Origin: an uncultured delta proteobacterium
GTDB lineage: Bacteria > Desulfobacterota > WTBG01 > CAIYCZ01 > CAIRTM01
Reading direction: 5' to 3'
DNA: 64,000 nucleotides
NCBI GenBank assembly: GCA_963804955.1
Contig: CAWDSQ010000010.1
Span: 1-64,000 of the forward strand
In this document: positions 51,259 through 62,463 of the stretch, in pieces
Numbering within the stretch: position 1 is the first letter of the stretch
How the letters are laid out: each line of letters begins with the position of its first letter
Notes under the pieces: model-generated
What the model was told of the DNA's origin: nothing
The model's input: the letters and a program-made list of their open reading frames with translations, nothing else
Database searches by the model: none
Position numbers and translations under genes: made by a program

Positions 51259-51949
51259 GCTTCTCCTCCCTCATAAATAGTGTTTTTACATCAACAGACG
51301 AACCCCTTTACCCTTAAGAATTTTTTAAATAATGAATATTCGATAGTTGTTTTTATTTTATTAGAAAATATCCTTGACCAATAAAATACAAAAATTAAGA
51401 GGAAGTTAATGCGGCATTCCTCCACTGCCGTATGAGCTTAAATTTAAAGAGCGTATGCTGCTTCATGCAGTATGCGCTTTAAGTTTATGAAAACTGAAAA
51501 GCAGCAGCTTTGTATCTTGTTTACTGAATGGCATCCCCCTTTTTTTGAAAGTTTTTTTAGCCGTATATTCTTTGCTCTATAAGTTTATTTTAATAGCCCA
51601 TATTAAAAGATATAACCATAGCCCTATGGGCTATTTTTAAAGCACTTTAGTGCCTTTGCTCTGAATATGAACAGGAAAGAGAAGATATGCGTAGCACAAC
51701 ATCTTGTGCCCCTGCATGACCGACCCAAAAATTTACATTACGGCTCTCTATACGGGCTGCGGATCATTTCGTAATTAATTCCATATTATCAGAAGAAACT
51801 TCTTCTGCCGGATTATGTTCAAATAACCTATATGCGTACAAAATTAAGTTCAGACTGTTGCAGTTTTAAGGTGTTGACAGGCAATTGTGCAATGCCTATA
51901 CTGTGCACATTTTAAGCCATTGACCAAACACCATCTCATATGTCAAATT

Positions 51950-52810
51950 ATGCCGCTCAGCATTGTCGTTCTCATCAAGCAGGTGCCTGACACTACGGCC
52001 GTTACCACGCAGGCCATGAAGGATGACGGCACGCTCAACCGCTCGGCCCTGCCGGCGGTCTTCAACCCTGAAGACATGAACGCCCTTGAAATGGCCCTTA
52101 ATCTCAAGGAGCGCTTCGGCTCTTCGGTTACGGTGCTCACCATGGGCCCGTCCCATGCCGCCGAGGTGCTGCGCGAGGCGCTCTATATGGGCGCGGACCG
52201 GGCGGTTTTGCTCACCGACCGGCTGTTTGCAGGATCAGACACTCTTGCAACATCTTTTGTGCTCAGCCAGGCCATCCGGCATCTCGGAGCTGCCGATCTT
52301 ATTCTGTGCGGACGTGAGGCCATCGACGGCAATACGGCGCAGGTGGGGCCGCAGGTGGCCGACAAGCTCGACATGAACCAGATAACCTATGTCGATCTGA
52401 TCGAGCAGATCGATGCCTCGAAATGCTCCTGCTGGCATGAAGTCGAGGAGGGGCGCGAACTTGTGGAGTCCAAGCTTCCGGTGCTGCTGACCGTGACCGC
52501 GGCCGCCAATACGCCGCGCCCGTTTTCAGCCAGGCGGATTATGCGCTATAAAAACGCCAAAGCACCCGCAGAATGCGCCCCCGGCACAGCCCGGGACGAG
52601 CTTGCCCGCCGCGGTCTGCTGATTGAAGAGTGGGGCGCCGGGACCATCGGCGTCGATGCGGCGCAGTGCGGCCTTGCCGGCTCCCCGACGCGCGTTCAAA
52701 AGATTGAGAGCGTGGTGCTTGCAGGCAGAGAGTTTAAAAAATTTGAGCCTGATGACGGCGGCATACGCGCACTGCTTGAAGAGCTCATAGCAGACTATAC
52801 CTTTGACTGA
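51950..52810 (+). CDS. etfB: Electron transfer flavoprotein beta subunit
   Basis: KQVPD, NPED, TMGP, FAGSDTLAT, DGNTAQVG, GLAGSPT. Confidence 0.95.
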   Translation: MPLSIVVLIKQVPDTTAVTTQAMKDDGTLNRSALPAVFNPEDMNALEMALNLKERFGSSVTVLTMGPSHAAEVLREALYMGADRAVLLTDRLFAGSDTLATSFVLSQAIRHLGAADLILCGREAIDGNTAQVGPQVADKLDMNQITYVDLIEQIDASKCSCWHEVEEGRELVESKLPVLLTVTAAANTPRPFSARRIMRYKNAKAPAECAPGTARDELARRGLLIEEWGAGTIGVDAAQCGLAGSPTRVQKIESVVLAGREFKKFEPDDGGIRALLEELIADYTFD

Positions 52811-52823
52811 CAGAGCGTATTTC

Positions 52824-53846
52824 ATGGAGCAGAACGGCGAAGTCTGGGTTTATATTCAGCATCAGGGCAGGGACGTGGTGGAGCCTTCGCTTGAGGTGCT
52901 CGGCAAAGCCTGCGAGCTGGCAGCTGCCTTAAAAGTCAGCGTAGTCGGCGTACTGGTGGGCGATAAGGTTGATGTGCTTGCCGAAAAAGTGCTCATGTAC
53001 GGCGCACAGAAGGCCTATGTGCTGCAGTCGCGCCATCTTGAGACCTATTCCTCTGCGATCTATGCAAAGGCCCTGTGCAAGCTCATTCGCAGCAAGCGGC
53101 CGTCGATCTTTCTCACGGCAGCAACGCTGCAGGGCCGGGATCTTGCGCCCCGCATCGCATCAGCCCTTCGCGTGGGGCTGACCGCCGACTGCACCGACCT
53201 GCAGATCGGCTCCCACACCGACCACAAAACCCGGAAAGACTATACTGATATTCTGCTGCAGATCCGTCCGGCCTGGGGCGGCAATATTATTGCAACCATC
53301 GTCAGCCCCGAAACGCGGCCCCAGATGGCAACCATCCGCGAGGGCATCATGAAAATGCCCGAGCCCGTGCGCTCGTCACGGGGCGATATTCTGCATATCC
53401 CTCCCGACGTGCAGGCCGATGACATTAAGACCACGGTGCTCAAGCGCATACCGACCCCGCGCAGGGTCAATCTCAAAGCAGCCGGTATTATCGTGGCGGG
53501 AGGCGCGGGCATGGGCACCAGAGAAAACTTCGATCTGCTGCGGCAGCTCGCTCATGCGCTCGGGGGCGAGGTGGCTGCCACGCGTGCGGCCGTCGACGCC
53601 GGCTTCATCGACCATGACTACCAGGTCGGCCAGACCGGCATCAGCGTCCGGCCCAAGCTCTATATCGCCTGCGGCATATCAGGCGCCGTGCAGCACCTGG
53701 CGGGCATGCAGGAGTCGGCCAAAATCATCGCCGTGAATACCGATCCCGATGCGCCCATTTTCAGCGTTGCCCACTACGGCATTATCGGCGATGCAAAAGA
53801 AGTCGTGCCGAAACTCATAAACACCTACCGGCATTTGAGCCACTGA
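52824..53846 (+). CDS. etfA: Electron transfer flavoprotein alpha subunit
   Basis: GLTADCT, RPAWGGN, QVGQTG, GISGAVQH. Confidence 0.95.
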   Translation: MEQNGEVWVYIQHQGRDVVEPSLEVLGKACELAAALKVSVVGVLVGDKVDVLAEKVLMYGAQKAYVLQSRHLETYSSAIYAKALCKLIRSKRPSIFLTAATLQGRDLAPRIASALRVGLTADCTDLQIGSHTDHKTRKDYTDILLQIRPAWGGNIIATIVSPETRPQMATIREGIMKMPEPVRSSRGDILHIPPDVQADDIKTTVLKRIPTPRRVNLKAAGIIVAGGAGMGTRENFDLLRQLAHALGGEVAATRAAVDAGFIDHDYQVGQTGISVRPKLYIACGISGAVQHLAGMQESAKIIAVNTDPDAPIFSVAHYGIIGDAKEVVPKLINTYRHLSH

Positions 53847-53853
53847 GAGCGCC

Positions 53854-55576
53854 ATGAACTTTTTTACCGACAACCAGGACCTCTCCTTTATTTTTGAGAA
53901 CTGCCGATCTCGACGCCATAATCTCGCGGTATGAAGACGGCTTCAGCGAGCATGACCGCTTCGACTATGCTCCGGCAGACCCTGCCGATGCCCGCGACAG
54001 CTACCGCCGGGTGCTCGCTCTGGCAGGCGATATCGCAGCCCGTATTGTGGCGCCTTTGAGCAAGGCCCTTGACGATGAGCATACCACCATCAGCGGCGGC
54101 GCAACCGTGTACAGCCCGGCCCTTGCCCGGTGCGTGCAGGCGCTCAACCAGGCCGAGCTCATGGGCTGCTGCATCTCGCGCGCCTATGGCGGTCTGAACC
54201 TCCCGACCTTTGTTTTCACCATGCTCGTTGAAATTATTTCCCGGGCCGACGCGGGCCTTCAGAATGTGTTCGGGCTGCAGGGCATTGCCGGCATCATTGA
54301 GACATATGCCGGCCCGGAGCTGAAGGAGAAATATCTGCCCCTGTTTGCGCAGGGCCGGGTGACGGGAGCCATGGCCCTCACGGAAGAAGAGGCAGGCAGC
54401 GATCTGCAGAATGTCAAAATGCGGGCCACCGGGCAGCCCGACGGCTCGTGGCTCCTAAACGGCGTCAAGCGGTTCATCACCAATGGCGGCGCCGAGGTGC
54501 TGCTGGTGCTTGCGCGCTCCGAGGCCGGAACGACCGACGGCCTCGGCCTGAGCCTTTTTCTGTGCGAGGCCGGCCCTGCCATAACCGTGCGCAGGCTTGA
54601 GGACAAGCTGGGCATTCACAGCTCTCCAACCTGCGAGCTTGTTTTTCATGACGCGCCCGCTTTTTTGATCGGCGACCGGCAGCGGGGCCTGATGACCTAT
54701 GTGCTTTCGCTGCTCAACGGCGCGCGGCTCGCCACTGCCGCCCAGTCCGTGGGCATTGCGCAGGCCGCCTTCAACGAGGCCCTGGCCTATGCCCGGCTGC
54801 GCAAACAGTATGGCCGGCGCATCGAGCTGCTGCCCGCCGTTGCCGCCATGCTGGTCGACATGCGGATGGATATTGAAGCCTCCCGTGCCCTTACCTGCGA
54901 AACGGCCCGCATGATGGACTTATCGATCGCAACCGAAAAGCGCCTTGCCGCTGCGAATCTGGCGGCTGATGAAAAAAAGCAGCTCAAAAAGGATGCCAAG
55001 CGCTATGAGCGCAGCCTGATGCTGCTGACCTCGCTTGCCAAATATTACTGCTCCGAGATGAGCGTCAGCGTCACCAGCACGGCCATACAGGTGCTTGGCG
55101 GCAGCGGCTACATGCGCGACTACCCGGTTGAAAAATACTACCGCGACGCCCGCATCACAACCATTTATGAGGGCACCTCGCAGCTGCAGGTCATGAGCGC
55201 ATTCCGCGGCATACTGAGCGGCACCATGGAGAAGTATTTCGAAGAATGCGCCGCGGCGGAGTTTGCCCCGCTTCAGGCGGCTCTTGCCGAAATCCTGCGC
55301 CGCGACCGTGAGCTTCTGCGGCAGTCGGTCGAGCTGCTGAACGCTGCAACGGACAGCCGGCTCATGGATCTGTGCAGCCGGGACCTGGTCGATATGGCCT
55401 GCGATATAACCATGGGCTATCTGCTCCTGCATCAGTCGGCGGCCTCATCGCGCAAGCTGAAGATGGCCAGGCTTTTCATCACCGGCCGGGAGCAGTGCAT
55501 AAAAATGCGGGCCGGGCGGATACAATCGGCCGATACGCTGCTTCTGCAGGACTATGCCGAGCTTATGGGTTCGTGA
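53854..55576 (+). CDS. Acyl-CoA dehydrogenase (frameshift ~53890)
   Basis: MALTE..AGSD, LNGVKRFITNG, KLGIHSSPT, QVLGGSGY, IYEGTSQ. Confidence 0.95.
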
Positions 55577-55682
55577 CAGCAGGTACACACGCTGGCTTGC
55601 GCCGTCTGCAGGCATTCTATAAAGAAATTGACGGGATTATTAAACTTATATATTGTTTTACCGTCAATCAACCGGAGGGCGT

Positions 55683-56045
55683 ATGGCAGATAACAAGACA
55701 GGATCTGCGGCTGAACCTGTCCGCATCGAGATCATGTTCAAGGAGTATGGATCTTTTATCAAGGTCTATATCCCCAACATTACCAATGGCGGGCTCTTTA
55801 TTCGCACCGATAATCCCCTGCCGATAGATGCGCCTGTCCGGCTGCGCATGCGGCTGCCGGAAGAGACGAAAGATATTGAAATTGACGGCAGAGTGGTATG
55901 GTCCTTTGCCCGGGGCAACAAAAAAGCTTTTCTGCCCAAGGGCATGGGCATTCAGTTTCTCAACATGAGCCCTGAATATGCCGAGAAGATTAAAAAAATA
56001 GCGGATCGATTCCGGAGCGAAATCGAGAGATCTTCTATACTGTAA
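55683..56045 (+). CDS. PilZ-domain protein (TIGR02266-like)
   Basis: NITNGGLFI, GRVVW, GMGIQF. Confidence 0.8.
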   Translation: MADNKTGSAAEPVRIEIMFKEYGSFIKVYIPNITNGGLFIRTDNPLPIDAPVRLRMRLPEETKDIEIDGRVVWSFARGNKKAFLPKGMGIQFLNMSPEYAEKIKKIADRFRSEIERSSIL

Positions 56046-56234
56046 GCGCCCGCTGGCCCGGCGCCTCGGCAGACCGCTTCTGTCCAGCTCCTTGAGCACA
56101 AACGGGTCCTCCCCGGAACATGCCGGCACAGCATATCATGGCCGGTCGGCCAGCCCCCGCATTTTTATGACAGGGCTGAAATATTCAGCAAAAAAGCATA
56201 GTCGCATGGCTCGCAGACAGCAGGAACCACAGGT

Positions 56235-56774
56235 ATGAAACTTGCAGCAATTTGTGTTCTGGCAGCCGTGTTGTTGTGTGCTGCCACTGCAAAGGCGGAA
56301 ACAGCCCGGTCTCCATCAGCAGAGCCAAGACAAGTTCCGCCCCCACATGCCATGGGCATTACGGGAATCGTGTGGCCCATTGTTTCCTATCTTCCCAACA
56401 GGGTTTTTGACCTGCTGGATATAGTGCGGCTGAGAGTCCGCGTGGGTCCCGGCTGGTCGGCCGGCGTTCGGGCTACGGAGTTTGCCGATGTTTTTGCCGG
56501 CAGCCATTCTACGGTGTATGCAGGCCTTCGAGGCAGCCGCGGCAGAGGGTGGGGGGTTCCCTGGCCCTTCGGCATTGAAAACCATGGCGGCGTGGAGGTA
56601 AGCGTTGTTGATTTAACTAACCATGGTCCTTTGGCTCCCGTGGTCGATCCCCTGGAAATCGGGTTCGAAGCGCAGGCGGGATTCCTCGGGATCTATCCCG
56701 CGCTGGAAGTGTATGAAATGCTTGATTTCATCACGGGCTTTATTTTCCTCGATATACGCGGGGATGATTTCTGA
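56235..56774 (+). CDS. Secreted hypothetical protein
   Basis: Signal peptide; NRVFDLLDI ... D..GDD C-terminus. Confidence 0.6.
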   Translation: MKLAAICVLAAVLLCAATAKAETARSPSAEPRQVPPPHAMGITGIVWPIVSYLPNRVFDLLDIVRLRVRVGPGWSAGVRATEFADVFAGSHSTVYAGLRGSRGRGWGVPWPFGIENHGGVEVSVVDLTNHGPLAPVVDPLEIGFEAQAGFLGIYPALEVYEMLDFITGFIFLDIRGDDF

Positions 56775-56858
56775 GCCGGACGCAACAAAAAGTATTGCAA
56801 TCGGCAAGTAATAGATTATATTTTATTAAAGTAATAAAAACTGCAGGCGCGAAAAATT

Positions 56859-57113
56859 ATGCACATCTTTAAAATTATCTGCCTATTGATCCTTTTAGTG
56901 CTTGTCGCTCTCTTCACGTTTCAGAATACGGCGGTGGCGGAGGTGCGGTTTCTTATGTGGACCTTTTCCATGTACGTTTCGCTGATGCTGCTGTCATCGC
57001 TTTTTTCCGGTATTGTGATCGGACTGTTTCTTTCATTTTTGAATACCTGGCAAAAAAAACGCAGGGAGAAAAATCCGGGCCTGACCGGGGCTTCGTTCCC
57101 TGGGGCTCACTAG
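56859..57113 (+). CDS. LapA-family small membrane protein
   Basis: F..QN...V.V.FL.W motif between two TM helices. Confidence 0.75.
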   Translation: MHIFKIICLLILLVLVALFTFQNTAVAEVRFLMWTFSMYVSLMLLSSLFSGIVIGLFLSFLNTWQKKRREKNPGLTGASFPGAH

Positions 57114-57146
57114 ATACGAACCCTTTTATATGAAAGGAGTAGCATT

Positions 57147-57398
57147 ATGAATGTTCTGGCTCTACTTATTTCCATAGCCGCTCTCATTGTGGCCATCATT
57201 GCCTATCAGCGAAGCGGGGGGTCCATCGAAGAAATGAAAAAAAGGGTCGAAGAGCTGGGGATAACCACGGAGAGTATGCGCACCAAAACAGCCGACCTGC
57301 TCAACTCTTTTGAAAAAAAGCTGCGGGGCGAAGACAAGCCTTCCGGAGACCCGTCATACGACCAGAAAGACGAGCCGCCGAAGGATAACGCCTGCTAG
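57147..57398 (+). CDS. Small membrane-anchored hypothetical protein
   Basis: AAGGAG RBS, N-terminal TM, coiled coil. Confidence 0.65.
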   Translation: MNVLALLISIAALIVAIIAYQRSGGSIEEMKKRVEELGITTESMRTKTADLLNSFEKKLRGEDKPSGDPSYDQKDEPPKDNAC

Positions 57399-57541
57399 TC
57401 TTCCGCAGGAATGCCTGCGCGCCTGAAGAGCGGTACAGCCTTCAGGCGCTTTTTTTATTGTGTGATCGAGACATGCTGCCCTGGAGGATTTTTGAACAGA
57501 CGTTTCCCGGCTGACGCATGTCCGTGCGAAGTGTTTCCGCT

Positions 57542-58447
57542 ATGCACTGGACGATAGACCTTGCCGATTTTTTTCTGCGCACCCGTATACTCGGGCAGCG
57601 CATTCCCCTGCTTGCAAGCTTTAAGCTGACCTACCGCTGCAACCTTGCCTGCCGCGCATGCCCCTTCCATCGGCGGGCCGGCGAGCCGGACGGGCATATG
57701 GGCTGGGGCACTGCAGTCCGCTGCCTGCACGAGCTTTCCCGGTCGGGCTGCCGCATGATTGTTTTCGAGGGGGGCGAGCCGCTGCTGTGGCGCGATGGCG
57801 ACCGCAGGGTTGATGATCTCATGGAGCTTGCAAAAAAACTTTTTTTGCGCGTTGGCGTAACCACCAACGGTACCCTGGGCCTGGACCTGCCCGCCCATGT
57901 CGTGTGGGTGAGCATAGACGGGCTCCCCGAAACGCATGACCGCCTGCGAAGCTCCTCATTTGCCGGAATCAGGCGCAATCTTCTGCAGGCGAGGCATGGC
58001 AAGATTTTTGTTCACCACACCATCAATCGTGAAAACCGGCACGAGCTCAAAGGGCTTCTGGACCTGCTGGCAGATATCCCCTCCGTGCGCGGTCTTACCC
58101 TGCAGCTGTTTTATCCCTACGGGCAGGGTGAAGACCAGCTCGGCCTCACGGAATACGAGCGCCGCGAAGCTATCGAAACAGCTATTGCGCTCAAGCGGCA
58201 GGGCTATCCGATTTTGAACTCAACCGGCAGGCTGCGCGGCATGATCGACAATACCTGGACCTGCCGCGATACTATTCTTGTCAATGTCGACCCCGACGGC
58301 ACGATCACGCAGGGGTGCTATGCAAAAAGCCGCGGAGCGGTACGCTGCACCCACTGCGGGTTTACGCCCGTTGCCGAGGCTGTGGGCGCCCTTGAGCTGC
58401 GGCCGGGTTCGATTATTGCCGGATGGCGGACATTTATCAGCAGATGA
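57542..58447 (+). CDS. Radical SAM protein
   Basis: CNLACRAC, GGEP, TTNG, SIDG; C-terminal C..GC..CTHCG. Confidence 0.9.
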   Translation: MHWTIDLADFFLRTRILGQRIPLLASFKLTYRCNLACRACPFHRRAGEPDGHMGWGTAVRCLHELSRSGCRMIVFEGGEPLLWRDGDRRVDDLMELAKKLFLRVGVTTNGTLGLDLPAHVVWVSIDGLPETHDRLRSSSFAGIRRNLLQARHGKIFVHHTINRENRHELKGLLDLLADIPSVRGLTLQLFYPYGQGEDQLGLTEYERREAIETAIALKRQGYPILNSTGRLRGMIDNTWTCRDTILVNVDPDGTITQGCYAKSRGAVRCTHCGFTPVAEAVGALELRPGSIIAGWRTFISR

Positions 58448-58594
58448 AGGCCACAGATCATGCGCCGTTTCTGCTGCATGTGGCTCTAAAGATCATGCAT
58501 GCCTGGTATGGTAATCAAAAGAAAAAATTCAATTCGATACTGTCACATGCCCGCATGATGCAGCAGTGGTCAAAGTCCCGCTGCTGCCATGCTC

Positions 58595-59560
58595 TTAAAC
58601 AGCTGTTCCGCAATCACCGGATGGCGCCTTCACTGCCCGGCCGGCGCTGGTGATGATCAGGCTTAATCCCGCCAGGAGCAGGGGCAGCGCGATCAGCGCA
58701 GCGCCCGTACTCAGCACATAATAGCGGCCCCCGGCTGCCCGCGGCCGCCATGAACCGGCTATGCCGGGTTTTCGCTCAAGAAACAGCACGGTTCGGTCAG
58801 CCTGTCTCAGAAGGCCGCCCGGTGGAATATTCTGTGTGGTTGTAAAATGAAGCATGCCGGCAAGCCAGAGAGCGGCAGCACAGGCAGTGCCTGCAACGGC
58901 GAAAATTATCTCCGGCCGGCCGGTACGGCCAATACTGCCTGACAGGAAGCCGCTGCGCTGCCCGGCAGAAGTTTTCAGGCAAACATCGCCATAGCGCAGA
59001 AGCAATCCGGCTGCCGCGCCCAGCACGTTCAGCACGGTATCGTTCCAGTCAAAATAGATGCTGTAGGGGCTGCGCAGAAAAAAATACTGGTTCAGCTCAT
59101 CGCCCAGGCCCAGCACCGCCGTCCAGAAGAGCATGCGGGTAAGCTGCCTGCCCTGTGCGTCAGGGTCCGTGCAGCGGGCAAGCAGCACGGCCAGTATGGC
59201 ATACTGAGGGATATGCGCCAGCTCATTGAATGTGCAGACAAGCAGAAAACAGATTGCTGCGGTCGCCGCGGCCCAGCATGTCCAGGCTGCCGCCAGCCGT
59301 CGACTGATTTTGCCGCTCGCAGCGCCCGCCACAAGCCAGATGCCGAGGGCTGCGGCAAGCCCTGCCATGAGCCTGCCCGTATGGTGTGAAATGGTTGTGC
59401 TGCCGCTCGGAAAAGCAAAAGGGCTTGTAATGAGCCGGGTCATCTTAATATGGAGGCCCGTAATGACGAAATACCAGGAAACGAGGGCTATCCACCCAAA
59501 AAATCTTTCGGCTTTTTTTAGCCGCAGCAGGGGGCTGAGCTGGCGCAGGTTCGGGGTCAT
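58595..59560 (-). CDS. VanZ-like membrane protein
   Basis: E.AHIPQYA, G..DE..QY and FDWND..LN..G motifs; multiple TMs. Confidence 0.65.
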   Translation of the reverse strand: MTPNLRQLSPLLRLKKAERFFGWIALVSWYFVITGLHIKMTRLITSPFAFPSGSTTISHHTGRLMAGLAAALGIWLVAGAASGKISRRLAAAWTCWAAATAAICFLLVCTFNELAHIPQYAILAVLLARCTDPDAQGRQLTRMLFWTAVLGLGDELNQYFFLRSPYSIYFDWNDTVLNVLGAAAGLLLRYGDVCLKTSAGQRSGFLSGSIGRTGRPEIIFAVAGTACAAALWLAGMLHFTTTQNIPPGGLLRQADRTVLFLERKPGIAGSWRPRAAGGRYYVLSTGAALIALPLLLAGLSLIITSAGRAVKAPSGDCGTAV

Positions 59561-59684
59561 TATCGGCCTTTGACCAAATATGTCAGATTAAGGAAAAACT
59601 GTTGAGTAAAAATATTTTTTATATAATGATTATACAATACAACAGTCGATTATGCCACAGTAGCCTGCATCAGGTGCGCAGCAT

Positions 59685-60359
59685 ATGAAAACGGTCATCG
59701 TCATACCGTCATATAATGAGGAACATGCAATCGGGGAAGTCATTTCTGCATGCCGCGGCGAGGGCTTTGCGAACATTGTAGCCGTTGATGACGGCAGCAC
59801 CGATGCCACGGCGGACATGGCCCGCGCGGCAGGAGCAGTTGTTGTGTCGCACCCGGTGAACAGGGGCGTGGGAGCGGCAACGCAAACGGGGTTTGCGGCA
59901 GCGCTCATGATGGGGGCCGATGAAGTGGTCACGATTGACGCCGATGGCCAGCATGATCCCAAAGACATCGCGCGCCTGCTGCAGCAGCTGCGCACCCGGG
60001 GATCCGATATCGTCATCGGCTCGCGATTCATGAGCAGCGGCAACCGCATACCGTTCACGCGCCGCATCTTCAATATCACGGCAAACTGCATTACCTTCCT
60101 GCTGAGCGGCTCATACTTCAGCGATACCCAGTCGGGGCTGAAGGCTTTTTCAAAAAAAGCCCTTGCCTGCATCCATATAAACTCCAGCGGCTTTGAGTTC
60201 AGCAGCGAAATTATTCGCGAGGCGCGCCAGTTCAAGCTTCGTATCGATGAAATACCCGCGGGCGTGATCTACAGCCCGTACTCTCTGTCCAAGGGCCAGA
60301 ATTTAGCCACCGGCCTTACCACGGTTTTTAAGCTGGTGATTCGAACCTTAATGAGGTGA
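59685..60359 (+). CDS. GT2 glycosyltransferase
   Basis: PSYNE, VDDGSTD, IDADGQHDP, GSRF, DTQSG. Confidence 0.9.
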   Translation: MKTVIVIPSYNEEHAIGEVISACRGEGFANIVAVDDGSTDATADMARAAGAVVVSHPVNRGVGAATQTGFAAALMMGADEVVTIDADGQHDPKDIARLLQQLRTRGSDIVIGSRFMSSGNRIPFTRRIFNITANCITFLLSGSYFSDTQSGLKAFSKKALACIHINSSGFEFSSEIIREARQFKLRIDEIPAGVIYSPYSLSKGQNLATGLTTVFKLVIRTLMR

Positions 60360-60763
60360 CGGCCATGGATTTTTCGATGTATAAACTGCTCGTGCCGCTG
60401 TTTGCCGTTTGTATGATTGCCAAAGCCGTCTCCCGTTTCAGGCGGCATCAGCGCACCGTCCGGGAGCTGGTTGTCTGGATCATCATCTGGTCGGGCATTT
60501 CTTTCGCCGCCCTGTTCCCGGATTTTACCATGTACTGGTTTTCAGTCCTGACAGGCATTAAAAGCGGATTTTATGCCATCATTTTTTTCATGCTCGTGCT
60601 GCTGTCCTACGGCTATCTGACCCTGTTCGTCAAGCTGGAAGACATGGAGCGCATGCTCACCGAGCTGGTGCGCAAGCTCGCCCTGCGCGAGCTGCAGCAG
60701 AACATGCCGGAAAATTCCGGGGAGCGGACGCAGCCCCCGCCTGGTCCGGCACAGGGCGCATGA
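60356..60763 (+). CDS. DUF2304-family membrane protein
   Basis: Three TM helices, C-terminal TELVRKLAL; typical partner of GT2. Confidence 0.7.
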   Translation: MTAMDFSMYKLLVPLFAVCMIAKAVSRFRRHQRTVRELVVWIIIWSGISFAALFPDFTMYWFSVLTGIKSGFYAIIFFMLVLLSYGYLTLFVKLEDMERMLTELVRKLALRELQQNMPENSGERTQPPPGPAQGA

Positions 60764-61872
60764 ATATCCTGCTGCTGTTTGATCATTATCACCCGTATGT
60801 CGGCGGCGCTGAAATAGTGAATCGCGCCGTGGCTGAATATCTTGCCCCGCGCCATAGCGTAACGGTTCTGTCAAACGGCTTTGCCGGCTCGGGCCCGGTC
60901 CATCAGAGGGTCAATAATGTGGCTGTCTACCGGCCCCTGCGCTCGCCGCGGCTCCTGCACGGCCTGGCCGCTTTCTGCGCCGGAGGCAGGCTTGCCCGGC
61001 AGGCCGATGTCATCCTGTGCGCCACCTATGCTTCAGGTGTTGCCGGCCGGCTGCTGGCCCGCGCCTATAAAAAGCCCGCCGTGCTGCTTGTTCATGAAGT
61101 GCTTGACGAGCACTGGGCCATGTTCAGTTCTACCCCGCGGCTGTATCGCCTGTTTGAAAAGCTCGTCGTCACCCGGCCTTTTGAGCGGCATATCGCCGTG
61201 AGCGATTTTACCCGCAGGAAACTGCTTGAGCGCGGCGTTCCGCCGGAGCGCATTACCGTCATCTATAACGGCCTGGACAATGAATTGTTTGCGCCCCGGC
61301 CGGTCAATCACGAGCTTCGCCGAAGGCTTGCCGGCGATGCCGATTTTGTGTATCTTTTTTATGGCAGGCCCGGCGGCTCGAAAGGCCTGCCGTTTTTGCT
61401 GCAGGCCCTGCCCGCTGTTGTGCAGGCCCTGCCGCGCAGCAGGGCCGTGCTGCTGCTGAGCCCTGAGCCGGCCAGGGAGTATGCTGCCGCTCTTGAGATG
61501 GTCAAGCGCCTCGGCCTTGGCCCCCATGTGACGGTTCATCCGCCGGTGCCGCGCCGGGAGCTGCCCGATTATATCAACTGCGCCGATGCCGTGGTGGTGC
61601 CGTCGCTGTCGGAAGGCTTCGGCTTTACTGCAGTGGAGAGCTGCGCTTTGGGCAAAACGGTCGTGGCAACCGATACGGGCTCGCTGCCGGAGGTGGTTTC
61701 CGGACGGATTGTTTTTGTCAAAAAGGCCGACAGCGAAGCCCTCGCCAGGGGGATTATCGACGCGTTCCATGGCCGGTGGCAGCTCATACCCGAAAAGCGT
61801 TTCAGCTGGAGCGACAGCCTGCCCCGGTATGAAGCCGTTCTTGAGCAGGCCGCTGCAGGCCGCTTATCATGA
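60760..61872 (+). CDS. GT4 glycosyltransferase
   Basis: GGAE, AVS, IYNG, KG, PSLSEGFGFTAVE. Confidence 0.9.
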   Translation: MNILLLFDHYHPYVGGAEIVNRAVAEYLAPRHSVTVLSNGFAGSGPVHQRVNNVAVYRPLRSPRLLHGLAAFCAGGRLARQADVILCATYASGVAGRLLARAYKKPAVLLVHEVLDEHWAMFSSTPRLYRLFEKLVVTRPFERHIAVSDFTRRKLLERGVPPERITVIYNGLDNELFAPRPVNHELRRRLAGDADFVYLFYGRPGGSKGLPFLLQALPAVVQALPRSRAVLLLSPEPAREYAAALEMVKRLGLGPHVTVHPPVPRRELPDYINCADAVVVPSLSEGFGFTAVESCALGKTVVATDTGSLPEVVSGRIVFVKKADSEALARGIIDAFHGRWQLIPEKRFSWSDSLPRYEAVLEQAAAGRLS

Positions 61873-61908
61873 AATATACCGCAAATCTAAAACAGGGAAG
61901 GACAGCAT

Positions 61909-62256
61909 ATGGACCATGAGGTACAGGATTTTTTTAAAGAGTTCATGCAGGCTAACCAGAAGGCGGCCAAACATATCCCCGACACGTTTAAGGCCTTCAT
62001 GGGCCTGCATGAAAGCATCATCACGGACGGCGCGCTCAGCAAGAAGCAGAAGGAGCTGGTGGCCGTCGGCATCGCCGTAGCCACGCACTGCAAACCCTGC
62101 ATCTATCTGCACACGCAGGCAGCAGTTCAGGCAGGAGCCACGGTCAAGGAAATTTTCGAGGCAGCCTCAGTTGCCGTGCTGATGGGCGGCGGCCCGGCAT
62201 TTGCCCATGTGCAGGAAATTGTCAAGGTTTTTGACGCCCTCGGCGTGGAGTATTAG
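61909..62256 (+). CDS. Carboxymuconolactone decarboxylase/AhpD-family protein
   Basis: GALS.K.KEL, C..CI..H, MGGGP. Confidence 0.9.
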   Translation: MDHEVQDFFKEFMQANQKAAKHIPDTFKAFMGLHESIITDGALSKKQKELVAVGIAVATHCKPCIYLHTQAAVQAGATVKEIFEAASVAVLMGGGPAFAHVQEIVKVFDALGVEY

Positions 62257-62288
62257 AGCAGGTAACATTTTTTTATAGCCGCTGCATA

Positions 62289-62410
62289 AAGACGTTCATG
62301 GTGGGGCCTGAGCTTGACGAAGGGTCGAGCCATGAACGTCTTGTATTTCTGGCATGTATCCGTTCCAACCTTCGATCCTTCGACAGGCTCAGGATGCAGG
62401 GCGAACGGAT
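62289..62410. repeat. REP-like palindromes
   Basis: AAGACGTTCATGG...CCATGAACGTCTT and CCGTTC...CTTCGACAGGCTCAGG...GAACGG. Confidence 0.55.
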
Positions 62411-62463
62411 AAAGGGTTCGTTGTGAGATATTTATGCGGGCTTACAATATTTAGTTAAATGCT

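Noticed and set aside
51694..51709. NrdR-box-like palindrome GCACAACATCTTGTGC
   Set aside because: Single copy with no ribonucleotide reductase gene nearby.
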